From positions 4,179-68,178 of the forward strand of contig JACRLM010000066.1 of the NCBI GenBank assembly GCA_016235255.1: a stretch of DNA of 64,000 nt, in the 5' to 3' direction. This stretch comes from Nitrospinota bacterium (GTDB lineage: Bacteria > Nitrospinota_A > UBA7883 > JACRLM01). This document shows, in pieces, positions 25,665 through 35,092 of the stretch. The position numbers and the translations under genes were made by a program. The notes beneath the pieces are model-generated. The model did not search any database and was not told where the DNA came from. It saw only the letters and a list, made by a program, of their open reading frames with translations. Position 1 is the stretch's first letter; each line of letters starts with the position of its first letter.

Positions 25665-25856
25665 ATGGCGCCCCGCAAAGGCGCAGGGAGGAAAGACATG
25701 GAAATAGTTGCTTTGATGGTCGCGTTGAGCGGGATTGTGGGCCTTTTGGGCATCAACAGGAAGTTCGGCTTCTGGGGTTATTTTTTCGCCTCCCTGTTGC
25801 TGACCCCGGCTATCGGGCTTTTGCTGGTGCTCGCGTCGTCGCCGCCGCGCAAGTGA
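25665..25856 (+). CDS. Small two-helix membrane protein (hypothetical)
   Basis: MEIVALMVALSGIVGLLGI and FWGYFFASLLLTPAIGLLLVLA are hydrophobic helices. The likely start is the internal ATG at 25698. I recognise no family, so coding status is uncertain. Confidence 0.35.
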   Translation: MAPRKGAGRKDMEIVALMVALSGIVGLLGINRKFGFWGYFFASLLLTPAIGLLLVLASSPPRK

Positions 25857-25866
25857 AAGCCGGGGC

Positions 25867-26502
25867 TTAAAAGATTTGGGCCTGTTTGACGATGACAGGC
25901 TCGCCATGCCTGTCAAAAGCGGCGTGGCATATGTGACCTTCCCCCACGCTGACGGGGGTGATATACCATAGTTTGCCGTGGATCCGCGCCGCGCCGTCCA
26001 TAAGCCGCACTTCCTCCAAAGGTATCGAAAGCCCTCTGCCGTCGGCCTTGATGGCGCTCTCTTTCATCGTCCATATCCGGAAAAACCGGGCCAGGGGGTC
26101 TTGCGCCTTTTTGACTGATTCCATTTCATCGGCGGAGAAGTATCTTTCAAAACCGGAAATGTCCACATCCCGGACAATTTCCACGTCCACTCCCAGCCGG
26201 CAAGTTGAACTTATCGCGCACACGGCGATCTGGCCGGAATGTGAAAGGTTGAAATCAAAGTTCCCGCTGATAAACGGCCGGCCGAACTCGTTTGTTTTTA
26301 CCAGCCGTATCTCTTCCGGATCGCGGCCAACAAGTTCAAGGGCCTTGGCGATCAGAAGTTTTCCCGCCAGCGCAAGATGCCGGTCCTGCCATTTTCTGAA
26401 ACGTTCCACATCCGCTCTCATTTCAGCCGAGAGTTTGTTGACAAGCCGCTCCCATTCCCCCCCTTCAATCCGCCGCTGGACACGGCTGACCAGAATCTCC
26501 AT
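25867..26502 (-). CDS. Sfp-type 4'-phosphopantetheinyl transferase
   Basis: FNLSHSGQIAVCAIS, LGVDVEIV, FFRIWTMKESAIKADGRGL (the W/KEA motif). It is transcribed divergently from the megasynthase genes. Confidence 0.85.
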   Translation of the reverse strand: MEILVSRVQRRIEGGEWERLVNKLSAEMRADVERFRKWQDRHLALAGKLLIAKALELVGRDPEEIRLVKTNEFGRPFISGNFDFNLSHSGQIAVCAISSTCRLGVDVEIVRDVDISGFERYFSADEMESVKKAQDPLARFFRIWTMKESAIKADGRGLSIPLEEVRLMDGAARIHGKLWYITPVSVGEGHICHAAFDRHGEPVIVKQAQIF

Positions 26503-26659
26503 CCGTTGTTTCCCTGATGATACACAGCTTACCGGGCCCGAAATCCCAGTTTATACGATATGGATGCTGACAGGAGCATAAATTAATAGTAACAAAACGA
26601 AATTTCTTTAGTAATTTCAGCTTGTTGTCAGATTTTAGACCCGTTATAACAAAGTTCTG

Positions 26660-26688
26660 TTGCGTCAAATTATTTAATGGGTTAGATT
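26660..26688 (+). promoter_or_regulatory. Candidate promoter for the megasynthase operon in a conspicuously AT-rich spacer
   Basis: TTGCGT (26660..26665), a 17-nt spacer, then TAGATT (26683..26688). The surrounding 26580..26700 is far more AT-rich than the rest of the window. This is a hand scan only. Confidence 0.2.
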
Positions 26689-26698
26689 ATTAAGCTGA

Positions 26699-29600
26699 TT
26701 GGTGATCGTGGGGGGACGCATACTTTACCTTGATGGGGGAAACGTGTCCTCAAACGCGGTTAAAAAGATGATTGTCCAAGCAGTTGAAATGGAAAAAGCC
26801 TTGAAATTTTCCTCGATCACCGAGGTTTTATCATGGCGGGCCTCCCGCAATGGCGATAAAACAGCCTTCACGTTCCTTCATGAAGGCAAAACTCCGGAGC
26901 GTTCCATTACATTCCGGCAGTTGGACGAGCAAGCATGCGCATTGGCCACAACACTTAAAGACCTGGGCGCCGAGGGGGAAAGGGCGTTGCTCATATATCC
27001 CGCCGGGATCGAGTTTGTGGTGGCGTTCATGGGATGCCTGTATGCGGGCGTCATCGCCGTCCCCCTCCCGCCGCCGGACTCGGCAAGATTGAAAAGGAGC
27101 CTTCCAAGGCTCAACCTTGTGGCGGAGGATTCCGGGGCCAAATTCGTCCTTTGCCTGGGAAACATGGCGCAAACGCTGGAATCTTCCCTGGTGGACTACA
27201 AATGGCTTAAAAGCATGCGCCTGATCGCCACTGACGGCCTTGGGATGGCGGGGCAAACCGGATTTAAGGGCGCCGCCGCGCCGGAAGGCATAGCTTATCT
27301 GCAATACACCTCCGGCTCCACCTCCGATCCCAAAGGGGTGATAGTGCGGCATGAAAACATCATGGCCAACTCCATGTGCGTACAACGCATGTGGAGCTAT
27401 TCGGAGGAGAGCGTATCGCTTGTGTGGATGCCCAATTTTCACGACTACGGGCTTGTGGACGGGATTATCCAGCCCATATTCTCCGGCGCTTCGTCATATT
27501 TAATGTCCCCGATGGCATTCCTGAAAAATCCGCTGCGGTGGGTGGAGGCGGTGTCGCGGTTCGGGGTGACAAACAGCGGAGGTCCGAACTTCGCCTTCGA
27601 ATACTGCGCCGCCAAAATCACACCGGAGAAAAAAGCGGGGCTGGACCTTTCACGATGGAAGGTGGCCCATTGCGGCGCCGAACCGATCCGCAAGGTTACT
27701 GTGGACAGTTTTACGAAAGAATTTTCCATATGCGGATTCGACAGCCGATCGTTCTACGCCGGATACGGCTTGGCCGAGGCCACGCTGATGGTCACCACCA
27801 AACGCCGGGGGAGCGAACCGCCGTTTTTTACCGCCTCCGCCGCAAGCCTGGAAAAAGACCTGGCCGTTCCGGCGGATGGAGGGCAAAAGGCCCGTCATAT
27901 CGCCGGATGCGGCGTCCCGGCGGGGGATATGGACGTGGTCATCGCCGATCCAGACAGCCATGCGCGGCTTGAGCCTGGAAAGATCGGCGAGGTGTGGGTG
28001 GCTGGCCAGCCGGTGTCGCCCGGCTACTGGGGGAAAGAAAAGGAGAGCGGCGATACTTTCCGCGCTCAACTTGCCGGGGAATCGGCCGCAAAATACCTTC
28101 GCACCGGCGACCTTGGATTCATGCTCGACGGCGAGTTGTATATCACAGGACGCCGAAAGGACCTGGTGATCATAGGCGGGGTGAACCATTATCCGCAGGA
28201 CATCGAACTGACGGTGGAAAGCTGCCACCCGAACCTCCGCAAGAACGGGTCGGCCGCGTTTTCCGTGGACGTGGAGGGGGAGGAGCGGCTTTGCGTTGTG
28301 GCGGAGGTGGACAGCGCCGCCAAGGAATTTGGCGCGATACTCCGGCAAATCATCTCGGCGGTCTCGGAAAACCACGAGTTGGAAGTCTTTGCGGCGGTCC
28401 TTATCAGGAAGGGGACGTTATTGAAGACCACCAGCGGCAAGGTCCAGCGCGGCGCCTGCCGTAAAGTGTTCCTCGAAGGGGGGCTGGAGGAGGCCGCCGT
28501 AATGCGGAAGAAAGCCATCGGGCACGCGTCCCACCCGGCAGGCGGTGGAACTGGCGCGGCTGGAAAAATTATGGCTAAAGAGCAGGCGGTAAATTCAATA
28601 TCCGTACTGCTCGCCCAAAGGCTTGGCCTGCGGTTGGAGGAAATCGTCCCCGCCGAAACGTTCTCAAGTTTCGGCCTGTCGTCGCGGGAGGCGGTACGTC
28701 TTGCCGGCGAACTTGAAGAGGCCTTCGGAATGGAGCTTGCGCCCACCATTCTCTGGAAATATCCGACGGTGGACTCTCTGGCGGGGCATTTATGCGGGGA
28801 AGCAGACCTGGCGCAGCCTTCATCTTTGGAGCGGCGCAACAAAAATTCAAGCAGCGAGCCCATCGCCATTGTGGGGATTGGCCTTAAGTTCCCGGGGGCG
28901 GACGATCCGGACTCGTTCTGGAGGATGCTTTTGGAGGGGAAGGACGCAATATCGGAAGTTCCCGCCGGAAGGTGGCCCATTGAAGATTATTACGATCCGG
29001 CCCCGGCCACACCCGGGAAGATGAACACCCGATGGGGAGGGTTCATCGACGGGGTGGACATGTTCGACGCTGAATTTTTCGGGATCACCCCCCGCGAGGC
29101 GGAAGCAATGGATCCGCAGCAGCGGCTTGTTCTGGAAACGGCATGGCGGGCGCTGGAGAACGCCGGGATTCCACCGGCGGGGCTTGCCGGATCGGCTGGC
29201 GGAGTGTTCATTGGCGTAAGCGCGGACGATTATTCCAGGCTCCAGTTCAATCAGTCGGCGTCGTCGAGCGCATACGCCGGCACAGGCTCATCGCTAAGCC
29301 TTACGGCCAACCGCCTGTCGTATTATCTGGACCTTAAAGGCCCTTCTCTGGCGGTGGACACGGCTTGCTCGTCATCCCTTATGGCCGTGCATCTTGCGGT
29401 GGGCGCCCTGCGGCGCGGCGAGTGCGATCTGGCGCTGGCCGGAGGGGTGAGCCTGACGCTCACACCGCACGCCACGGTGGCGTTGTCGCAGGCGAAAATG
29501 CTCTCTCCCACGGGGCGATGCAGGACTTTCGGCGCGGATGCGGACGGATACGCGCGCGGCGAAGGATGCGGCGTCGTGGTCATGAAAAGTCTTTCTGATG

Positions 29601-32600
29601 CGCTGGAAAGCGGCGACAGGATAATTGCAATTGTCCGCGGCTCGGCGGTGAACCAGGACGGCAGGAGCAACGGGCTGACCGCGCCAAACGGGCTTTCCCA
29701 GGTGGAAGTGATGCGCCGCGCGCTGTCGGACGCAGGTGTGGAGCCGCGCAGCGTGGGATATGTGGAGGCCCACGGCACCGGCACTCCTCTGGGCGATCCG
29801 ATAGAGATGGAATCGATAAAGACCGCCTTTGGCGGAGCGGATGGGGATGAGGCTCCATGCCATACCAGCTCCGTGAAAACGAACATAGGCCATCTGGAGG
29901 CGGCGGCTGGGGTGGCAGGGCTTATCAAAACGGCGCTGTCTCTGTGGCACGGGAAGATACCACCCCATGCGAATCTGAAAAAAATCAATCCGCTGATAAA
30001 GCTTGAAGGGACGCGGTTTGCCATTCCCGAGAAGGTGGAGACATTCCATTCGCATAACGGCGTCCGGCGGGCGGGGGTGAGTTCTTTCGGATTCGGCGGG
30101 GCGAACGCCCATGTGATACTTGAAAGCCACGATCAGCCGATTGATGCGCCATCAACGCCGGAAAGACCCTTGCACGTCATCGCCATCTCCGCCAAGAACG
30201 GCGCGGTTCTTATGGAACTTGCCGCAAAATATCTGAACCTTTTGGAAAGTGATCCGGCGATCCGGCTTGCCGATCTGGCCTGCGCGGCCAACGCCGGGCG
30301 CTCCCACATGCCGGTGCGGGCGGCGTTTGTGGCCGGGTCCTGCGCCGAACTTGCGGAGAAACTTCGCGTATTTATCAGGGAGGGCGCTCCGGCGAAGAAA
30401 AGCGCGGGCGTGAAAACCGGCGATACGTCCAGGCTCCCGGCCCATGATGAGGATATGTTTGCAAGCAGGGAGAAACTCGAACAACTGGCGGCCGCATACA
30501 GGGACGGCGTCAACGTGGACTGGACGAAGTATTATTCAAGGCGGCGGTGTACTGCCTTTGGCGCCCCTTTATATCCGTTCCAGCGCAAGCGCCATTGGGC
30601 TTTAACCGAACATCATGGAACACAGCCCGGCCGCGCCGCCACGGAGCTTCCGGGGGAGAAGATCGAATTGGCCGATCCTCCCGGCGGCTGTGTCTATCAA
30701 GGCGCGATATCGGCTGCGGCGACTCCCTGGATCGCAGGGCACATAATAAACGGTGAAATGGCGCTTCCCGGCGTAGCGTACATGCTTATGGCCCTGGACG
30801 CGGCTTTCGGAGAAGGGGAATCCGTGGCCGGCGTCGAAATGAACGATATACGGTTTGACAACCTGATCATCGTCAGGGGGGCGGGGCAAAAGGATATTTT
30901 CACCCAATGCACTCCGGATGGGGATGGCCACTCAATCGCTATTTACTCCGCGCCAGATATCAACCACATGAAATGCGGGATTCGCAAATATCCGCGGTCC
31001 GGCCAATCCCGCGGTCTGTTGCCTGTGGATGAAATAAAAGCGAGGCTCGGCGAACCATCAACAGGGGCCCGATTCTATGAGGCATGGGTCGGCCGGGGTT
31101 TCAGCTGGAGCGAAGGTTTTAACAACGTTACAGATTTGTGGACAGGGGAGGGGGAGGCGCTGGCGTTGGTGGAAACGCCATCGGGCTCCGGTCTTGGCGT
31201 ACGCGCCGGAATTCTTGACGCCTGCGGCCATTCTTTGGCCGAGATCGCCGGGGGGATGAACAAGGGAGTCTTCGTCTTCAAATCGGCGGACTCGTTCAGG
31301 ATGCACCTGCCCATCGCCGGGAAGAAGTTTTGGTCCCACGCAACGGGCAATTACAGCGCGGTGGAAAATGCGCTGACCGGGGACATCACCATCGCTTTGG
31401 AGACAGGCGAAGTGGCCGCGGAATTTCGCGGGGTGCGATTGGTGTTCATAAACGCCATGGCGGAAGCCGCGGCCGTACCCGCCGCCAAAGAGGCCGATCC
31501 GATCAATGACGATCTTCTCCAGACCTACGGCGCGGACATGGAAAAGGCGATCCGCGCATGGCTGGCCTCGGAAGCGGGCCGGATATTCATGATCAAGGAA
31601 GACGAAATTGATATAGACACACCGCTGGGGGCGCTTGGGATGGACTCCCTCATGGCGATGGACCTGGCCGACTCGATATCCGCCAGGTTGAAAATCAAAA
31701 TCAGCGCTGTGGAACTGATGGGGGACGATGTGAGCCTTGCCGGGCTTGCAAAGCATCTTGCCGGGCCGCTTCCGGACACTGCGAATGAAGCGGCCGGGCT
31801 TATAATCCCGGAGGCACCCACGGCGGAAAATTTTTCTCCCCTTTCATACGGGCAGCGCGCGCTGTGGTTTGTCAGCAAAATGTCGCCGGACAGCGCGGCG
31901 TACAATGTGGCCTTCGCCGCCGCCATCCGTTCGCAAATCGGCCATGGAGCGTTGCGCGCCGCCCTCGATACGCTGGCGCAAAGGCATCCGGCTTTGCGGA
32001 CGGTGTTCACGATGGCGGGCGGGGAAGTCAAATGCAGGGAATTGGAGGAGGGAAGGATCGAATTCAACGTCACGCAAGCGCTGGGATCCGATGACGCGGC
32101 TGTCCGGGAACAGGTGAACAAAGCTTACGGGCGTCCCTTTGACCTTGAGAACGGCCCCCTGGCGCGGGTGGACATCTTCACCCGCTCGCCCAAAGATCAC
32201 GTCATGCTCGTCACGGTGAGCCATATCATCTGCGATGGATGGTCGCTGTGGCTGCTGATGGACGAGATGGGCAAGCTTTACGGGGCGCAAGTAAAAGGGA
32301 CAACGGCGGACCTGCCTCCGGTGGCCAAAACGTACGGCGATTTCACCTCGTGGCAAAAGGGGATGGTGGACGGGCCGGAGGGGCGCAAGAGCCTTGAATA
32401 CTGGACGAAACGGATTTCCGGGGACATCCCGCCACTGGATCTGCCCGTGGACAGACCAAGGCCGGAGGTGAAAACGGAGAACGGCGCCACTGTCAATTTT
32501 GATATGCCGGGAAACGTTTCGGAAGGGATCAAAAGGCTGGCCAGGGAGGCGAACACCACCCCCTATACAGTGGCGCTCTCCGCCTTTTTCGCGTTTTTAT

Positions 32601-35092
32601 ACAGGTACACCAACCAGGAAACATTGCTTGCCGGATCGCCGATGGCCGCGCGCCCTTCCTCCGGGTTTTACGGAGTGGCGGGTGATTTCGTCAATCCGGT
32701 GGTGATGCGGGCGGACATCAAAAAGGGGCAGACCTTCAGGAGCCTTCTGGATCAGACGCGCGCCGTTGTGATGGAGGCGATGGAACGGCAGGACTACCCG
32801 TTCGGGCTGCTGGTGGAAAAACTGAAAGTCCGGCGCGACCCGGCCCGTTCGCCGCTGTTCGATGTCATGTTCATCTACCAGAAGCCGCAGCAGTCCGCCG
32901 GGATAATCGGCATGATGGCCGTGGCAGGGAACGGAGCTTCCTTCGAATGGGGAGGGCTTGCCATGGCCCCGTTTGGCGTGGCGCAGCAGGAAGGGCAGAT
33001 GGACCTGGCCCTGGAAATAGCCGAGACTCCGGACGCAATGTTCGGCTCCATGAAATACAACACGGACATTTATGGTTCGCAGACCGTTTCACGCATGGCT
33101 TCGCATTATATGCGGATGCTGGAAGCCGCGATAAATTCACCGGACACGCCAATCGCCGCCGCCCCGATGATGCGCGACGAAGAGCTCCGGGGGGAGATAG
33201 ACACGTGGAACGCCACGGACATCCGGTTTGACATGCCGCGCCCTGTTCACGAAATATTCGAGGAAGCGGCGCGCCGGGCGCCACAATCGCCAGCCGTGAT
33301 TTCTGAAACAGGCCGGATTACTTATGGAGAGCTGGACGCCGCTTCGGACAGGATCGCTCTAAGGCTCGTTGAAGAAGGATGCGTTCCCGGAGGGCTTGCG
33401 GCGGTGTTCATGGAACGCTCGCCGGAGGCGCTGGCGGGGATCATCGGCGCGATGAAGGCGGGGCTCGCCTATGTCCCGGTGGACCCGGAATACCCGGCGC
33501 AACGGGTGGAGTTCATGCTTGGCGACGCTTGCCCGGCGGCGGTGATCGCAAACAGCCGGACGGCGTCAAGGCTTGCTCCCGGCAAATGGAAAATCATCCC
33601 GGCCGATTCACCATTGAACGGCGCCAAAGGCCCGGCAAAGGCTAAAACTGAGGCGAAAGTTGCGATGGACTGTCTGGCATATGTGATATACACCTCCGGC
33701 TCCACGGGAACGCCTAAAGGAGTGATGGTCACGCACGCCAATCTTTTCAACTCCACCATGGCCCGGATGGCGTATTACGCCAAAGCGCCGGAACGATACC
33801 TTCTATTATCGTCATTGTCGTTCGACAGCTCCGTGGCGGGGCTGTTCTGGACATTATGCTCGGGCGGGGCGATTGTCCTGCCGCCGAAGGATTTTGGCAA
33901 AGACATCGGTTCGCTGGCGGACTTGATCGCGCGGGAGAAAGTGACGCACACCCTGGCGCTTCCTTCGCTTTATTCGCTCCTGTTGGGCGGGCCGGACGCA
34001 TCAAAGCTTGAAAGCCTCAAGGTGGTGATAGCCGCCGGGGAGGTGATCCCGCCATCCCTGCCTGTCCGGCATCATGACCTGGCGCCGGGAGCGGATTTTT
34101 ACAACGAATATGGCCCCACGGAAGGGACGGTGTGGTGCTGCGCTCATAAATGCGAAGCGGACAACGGCGCTTCGGCCGTTCCCATCGGGCGGCCCATCGC
34201 CAACGCGAAGCTATATGTCCTCAATGAAGCGATGGAACCTGCGCCGGCAGGTGTGGCAGGGGAGCTGTACATCGGCGGGCCGCAGGTGGCCAAAGGTTAT
34301 TTGAACCAGCCGGAACTTACGGAAGAAAGATTCGTGGCGGACCCGTTTTCGCGCGGCGGCCGGCTTTACAGGACCGGGGACATCGCGCGGCGTTTAAAAG
34401 ACGGCGCCCTGGAATTCATCGGCAGGATGGACGGGCAGGTGAAGGTCCGTGGATACAGGATAGAACAGGGAGAAATCGAGGCGGCGCTGCTTGCGCACCC
34501 TTCCGTAAAGGAAGCGGCAGTGACTGCGTGGAGCGATCCGTCCGGCGGCAAGCGAATCGTCGCATACATAACCTCCGCCAATGGGGCGCTGGACGTGTTG
34601 CGTATAAAGGAATACCTGGGAGGAAAGCTCCCTTCATTCATGGTCCCTTCGGCGATTGTTACCCTGGATGCGATGCCGCTGTCGCCAAATGGCAAGCTGG
34701 ACAAAAAGGCGCTCCCCGCCCCGGACATGGACACCTTGCGCGGGGAAAATGAATACACTCCTCCGTCCAACGAGATGGAGACGCTCATCGCGTCTGTGTG
34801 GGGCGGGCTGCTGAACATGGAAAAAGTGGGGGCGCGGGACAATTTTTTCGATATGGGGGGCCATTCGCTGCTCATGGCGCGGGCGCACGCGGCCTTGCAG
34901 GAAAAAATGGCGAGGAACTTCTCGATAGTGGAAATGTACAAGAATCCGACCATAGAGTCGCTGGCCGCCGCCCTTGCCGGGAACGGTGATGACGGCGCAC
35001 CTTCCGCCAAACTTGCGGAAGCGGCGGCCCGGGGGGGACTGCGGGGCGAAATGAGCCGGATGCGGGCGGCCAGGCGCGGGATGAAAAAATGA
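26699..35092 (+). CDS. Hybrid PKS-NRPS starter megasynthase: FAAL-ACP-KS-(no AT)-DH-ACP-C-A-PCP
   Basis: FAAL/acyl-AMP ligase: YLQYTSGSTSDPKGV, YRTGDLGF. ACP1: FGLSSRE (Ser 28682). KS: DTACSSS (Cys 29366), EAHGTGTPLGDP, KTNIGHLEAAAG. DH: HIINGEMALPG (His 30740), LDACGH. ACP2: LGMDSL (Ser 31646). C: SHIICDGWS. A: YVIYTSGSTGTPKGV, NEYGPTEGTV, YRTGDIARR, GRMDGQVKVRGYRIE. PCP: GGHSL (Ser 34865). The listed TTG start at 26699 is doubtful; the ATG at 26768 (MIVQAVEMEKALKFSSITEVL) is more likely. Confidence 0.93.
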   Translation: MVIVGGRILYLDGGNVSSNAVKKMIVQAVEMEKALKFSSITEVLSWRASRNGDKTAFTFLHEGKTPERSITFRQLDEQACALATTLKDLGAEGERALLIYPAGIEFVVAFMGCLYAGVIAVPLPPPDSARLKRSLPRLNLVAEDSGAKFVLCLGNMAQTLESSLVDYKWLKSMRLIATDGLGMAGQTGFKGAAAPEGIAYLQYTSGSTSDPKGVIVRHENIMANSMCVQRMWSYSEESVSLVWMPNFHDYGLVDGIIQPIFSGASSYLMSPMAFLKNPLRWVEAVSRFGVTNSGGPNFAFEYCAAKITPEKKAGLDLSRWKVAHCGAEPIRKVTVDSFTKEFSICGFDSRSFYAGYGLAEATLMVTTKRRGSEPPFFTASAASLEKDLAVPADGGQKARHIAGCGVPAGDMDVVIADPDSHARLEPGKIGEVWVAGQPVSPGYWGKEKESGDTFRAQLAGESAAKYLRTGDLGFMLDGELYITGRRKDLVIIGGVNHYPQDIELTVESCHPNLRKNGSAAFSVDVEGEERLCVVAEVDSAAKEFGAILRQIISAVSENHELEVFAAVLIRKGTLLKTTSGKVQRGACRKVFLEGGLEEAAVMRKKAIGHASHPAGGGTGAAGKIMAKEQAVNSISVLLAQRLGLRLEEIVPAETFSSFGLSSREAVRLAGELEEAFGMELAPTILWKYPTVDSLAGHLCGEADLAQPSSLERRNKNSSSEPIAIVGIGLKFPGADDPDSFWRMLLEGKDAISEVPAGRWPIEDYYDPAPATPGKMNTRWGGFIDGVDMFDAEFFGITPREAEAMDPQQRLVLETAWRALENAGIPPAGLAGSAGGVFIGVSADDYSRLQFNQSASSSAYAGTGSSLSLTANRLSYYLDLKGPSLAVDTACSSSLMAVHLAVGALRRGECDLALAGGVSLTLTPHATVALSQAKMLSPTGRCRTFGADADGYARGEGCGVVVMKSLSDALESGDRIIAIVRGSAVNQDGRSNGLTAPNGLSQVEVMRRALSDAGVEPRSVGYVEAHGTGTPLGDPIEMESIKTAFGGADGDEAPCHTSSVKTNIGHLEAAAGVAGLIKTALSLWHGKIPPHANLKKINPLIKLEGTRFAIPEKVETFHSHNGVRRAGVSSFGFGGANAHVILESHDQPIDAPSTPERPLHVIAISAKNGAVLMELAAKYLNLLESDPAIRLADLACAANAGRSHMPVRAAFVAGSCAELAEKLRVFIREGAPAKKSAGVKTGDTSRLPAHDEDMFASREKLEQLAAAYRDGVNVDWTKYYSRRRCTAFGAPLYPFQRKRHWALTEHHGTQPGRAATELPGEKIELADPPGGCVYQGAISAAATPWIAGHIINGEMALPGVAYMLMALDAAFGEGESVAGVEMNDIRFDNLIIVRGAGQKDIFTQCTPDGDGHSIAIYSAPDINHMKCGIRKYPRSGQSRGLLPVDEIKARLGEPSTGARFYEAWVGRGFSWSEGFNNVTDLWTGEGEALALVETPSGSGLGVRAGILDACGHSLAEIAGGMNKGVFVFKSADSFRMHLPIAGKKFWSHATGNYSAVENALTGDITIALETGEVAAEFRGVRLVFINAMAEAAAVPAAKEADPINDDLLQTYGADMEKAIRAWLASEAGRIFMIKEDEIDIDTPLGALGMDSLMAMDLADSISARLKIKISAVELMGDDVSLAGLAKHLAGPLPDTANEAAGLIIPEAPTAENFSPLSYGQRALWFVSKMSPDSAAYNVAFAAAIRSQIGHGALRAALDTLAQRHPALRTVFTMAGGEVKCRELEEGRIEFNVTQALGSDDAAVREQVNKAYGRPFDLENGPLARVDIFTRSPKDHVMLVTVSHIICDGWSLWLLMDEMGKLYGAQVKGTTADLPPVAKTYGDFTSWQKGMVDGPEGRKSLEYWTKRISGDIPPLDLPVDRPRPEVKTENGATVNFDMPGNVSEGIKRLAREANTTPYTVALSAFFAFLYRYTNQETLLAGSPMAARPSSGFYGVAGDFVNPVVMRADIKKGQTFRSLLDQTRAVVMEAMERQDYPFGLLVEKLKVRRDPARSPLFDVMFIYQKPQQSAGIIGMMAVAGNGASFEWGGLAMAPFGVAQQEGQMDLALEIAETPDAMFGSMKYNTDIYGSQTVSRMASHYMRMLEAAINSPDTPIAAAPMMRDEELRGEIDTWNATDIRFDMPRPVHEIFEEAARRAPQSPAVISETGRITYGELDAASDRIALRLVEEGCVPGGLAAVFMERSPEALAGIIGAMKAGLAYVPVDPEYPAQRVEFMLGDACPAAVIANSRTASRLAPGKWKIIPADSPLNGAKGPAKAKTEAKVAMDCLAYVIYTSGSTGTPKGVMVTHANLFNSTMARMAYYAKAPERYLLLSSLSFDSSVAGLFWTLCSGGAIVLPPKDFGKDIGSLADLIAREKVTHTLALPSLYSLLLGGPDASKLESLKVVIAAGEVIPPSLPVRHHDLAPGADFYNEYGPTEGTVWCCAHKCEADNGASAVPIGRPIANAKLYVLNEAMEPAPAGVAGELYIGGPQVAKGYLNQPELTEERFVADPFSRGGRLYRTGDIARRLKDGALEFIGRMDGQVKVRGYRIEQGEIEAALLAHPSVKEAAVTAWSDPSGGKRIVAYITSANGALDVLRIKEYLGGKLPSFMVPSAIVTLDAMPLSPNGKLDKKALPAPDMDTLRGENEYTPPSNEMETLIASVWGGLLNMEKVGARDNFFDMGGHSLLMARAHAALQEKMARNFSIVEMYKNPTIESLAAALAGNGDDGAPSAKLAEAAARGGLRGEMSRMRAARRGMKK
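30126..30600 (+). other. KS-to-DH linker with the acyltransferase domain missing
   Basis: Only ~157 aa separate the KS end (GANAHVILES) from the post-AT-linker motif YPFQRKRHW (30571..30597). The corresponding span is ~443 aa in the KS-AT gene 35089..39615. No GQGxQ or GHSxG AT motifs occur in this gene. Confidence 0.8.

Noticed and set aside
26699-26767. The TTG start at 26699 for the first megasynthase, giving 23 extra residues (MVIVGGRILYLDGGNVSSNAVKK).
   Set aside because: It lies inside the AT-rich promoter-like spacer with no ribosome-binding site, and these residues are not part of the FAAL fold. The ATG at 26768 or 26789 is more plausible. The listed coordinates are kept in the feature table, with this caveat.
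31217-31243. DACGHSLAE read as a possible acyltransferase GHSxGE active site, which would have supplied the missing AT in the first megasynthase.
   Set aside because: It sits in the second hotdog half of the DH, where the DxxxH/Q motif is expected. There is no GQGxQ, no downstream (H/Y)A(F/S)H motif, and not enough sequence for an AT fold.
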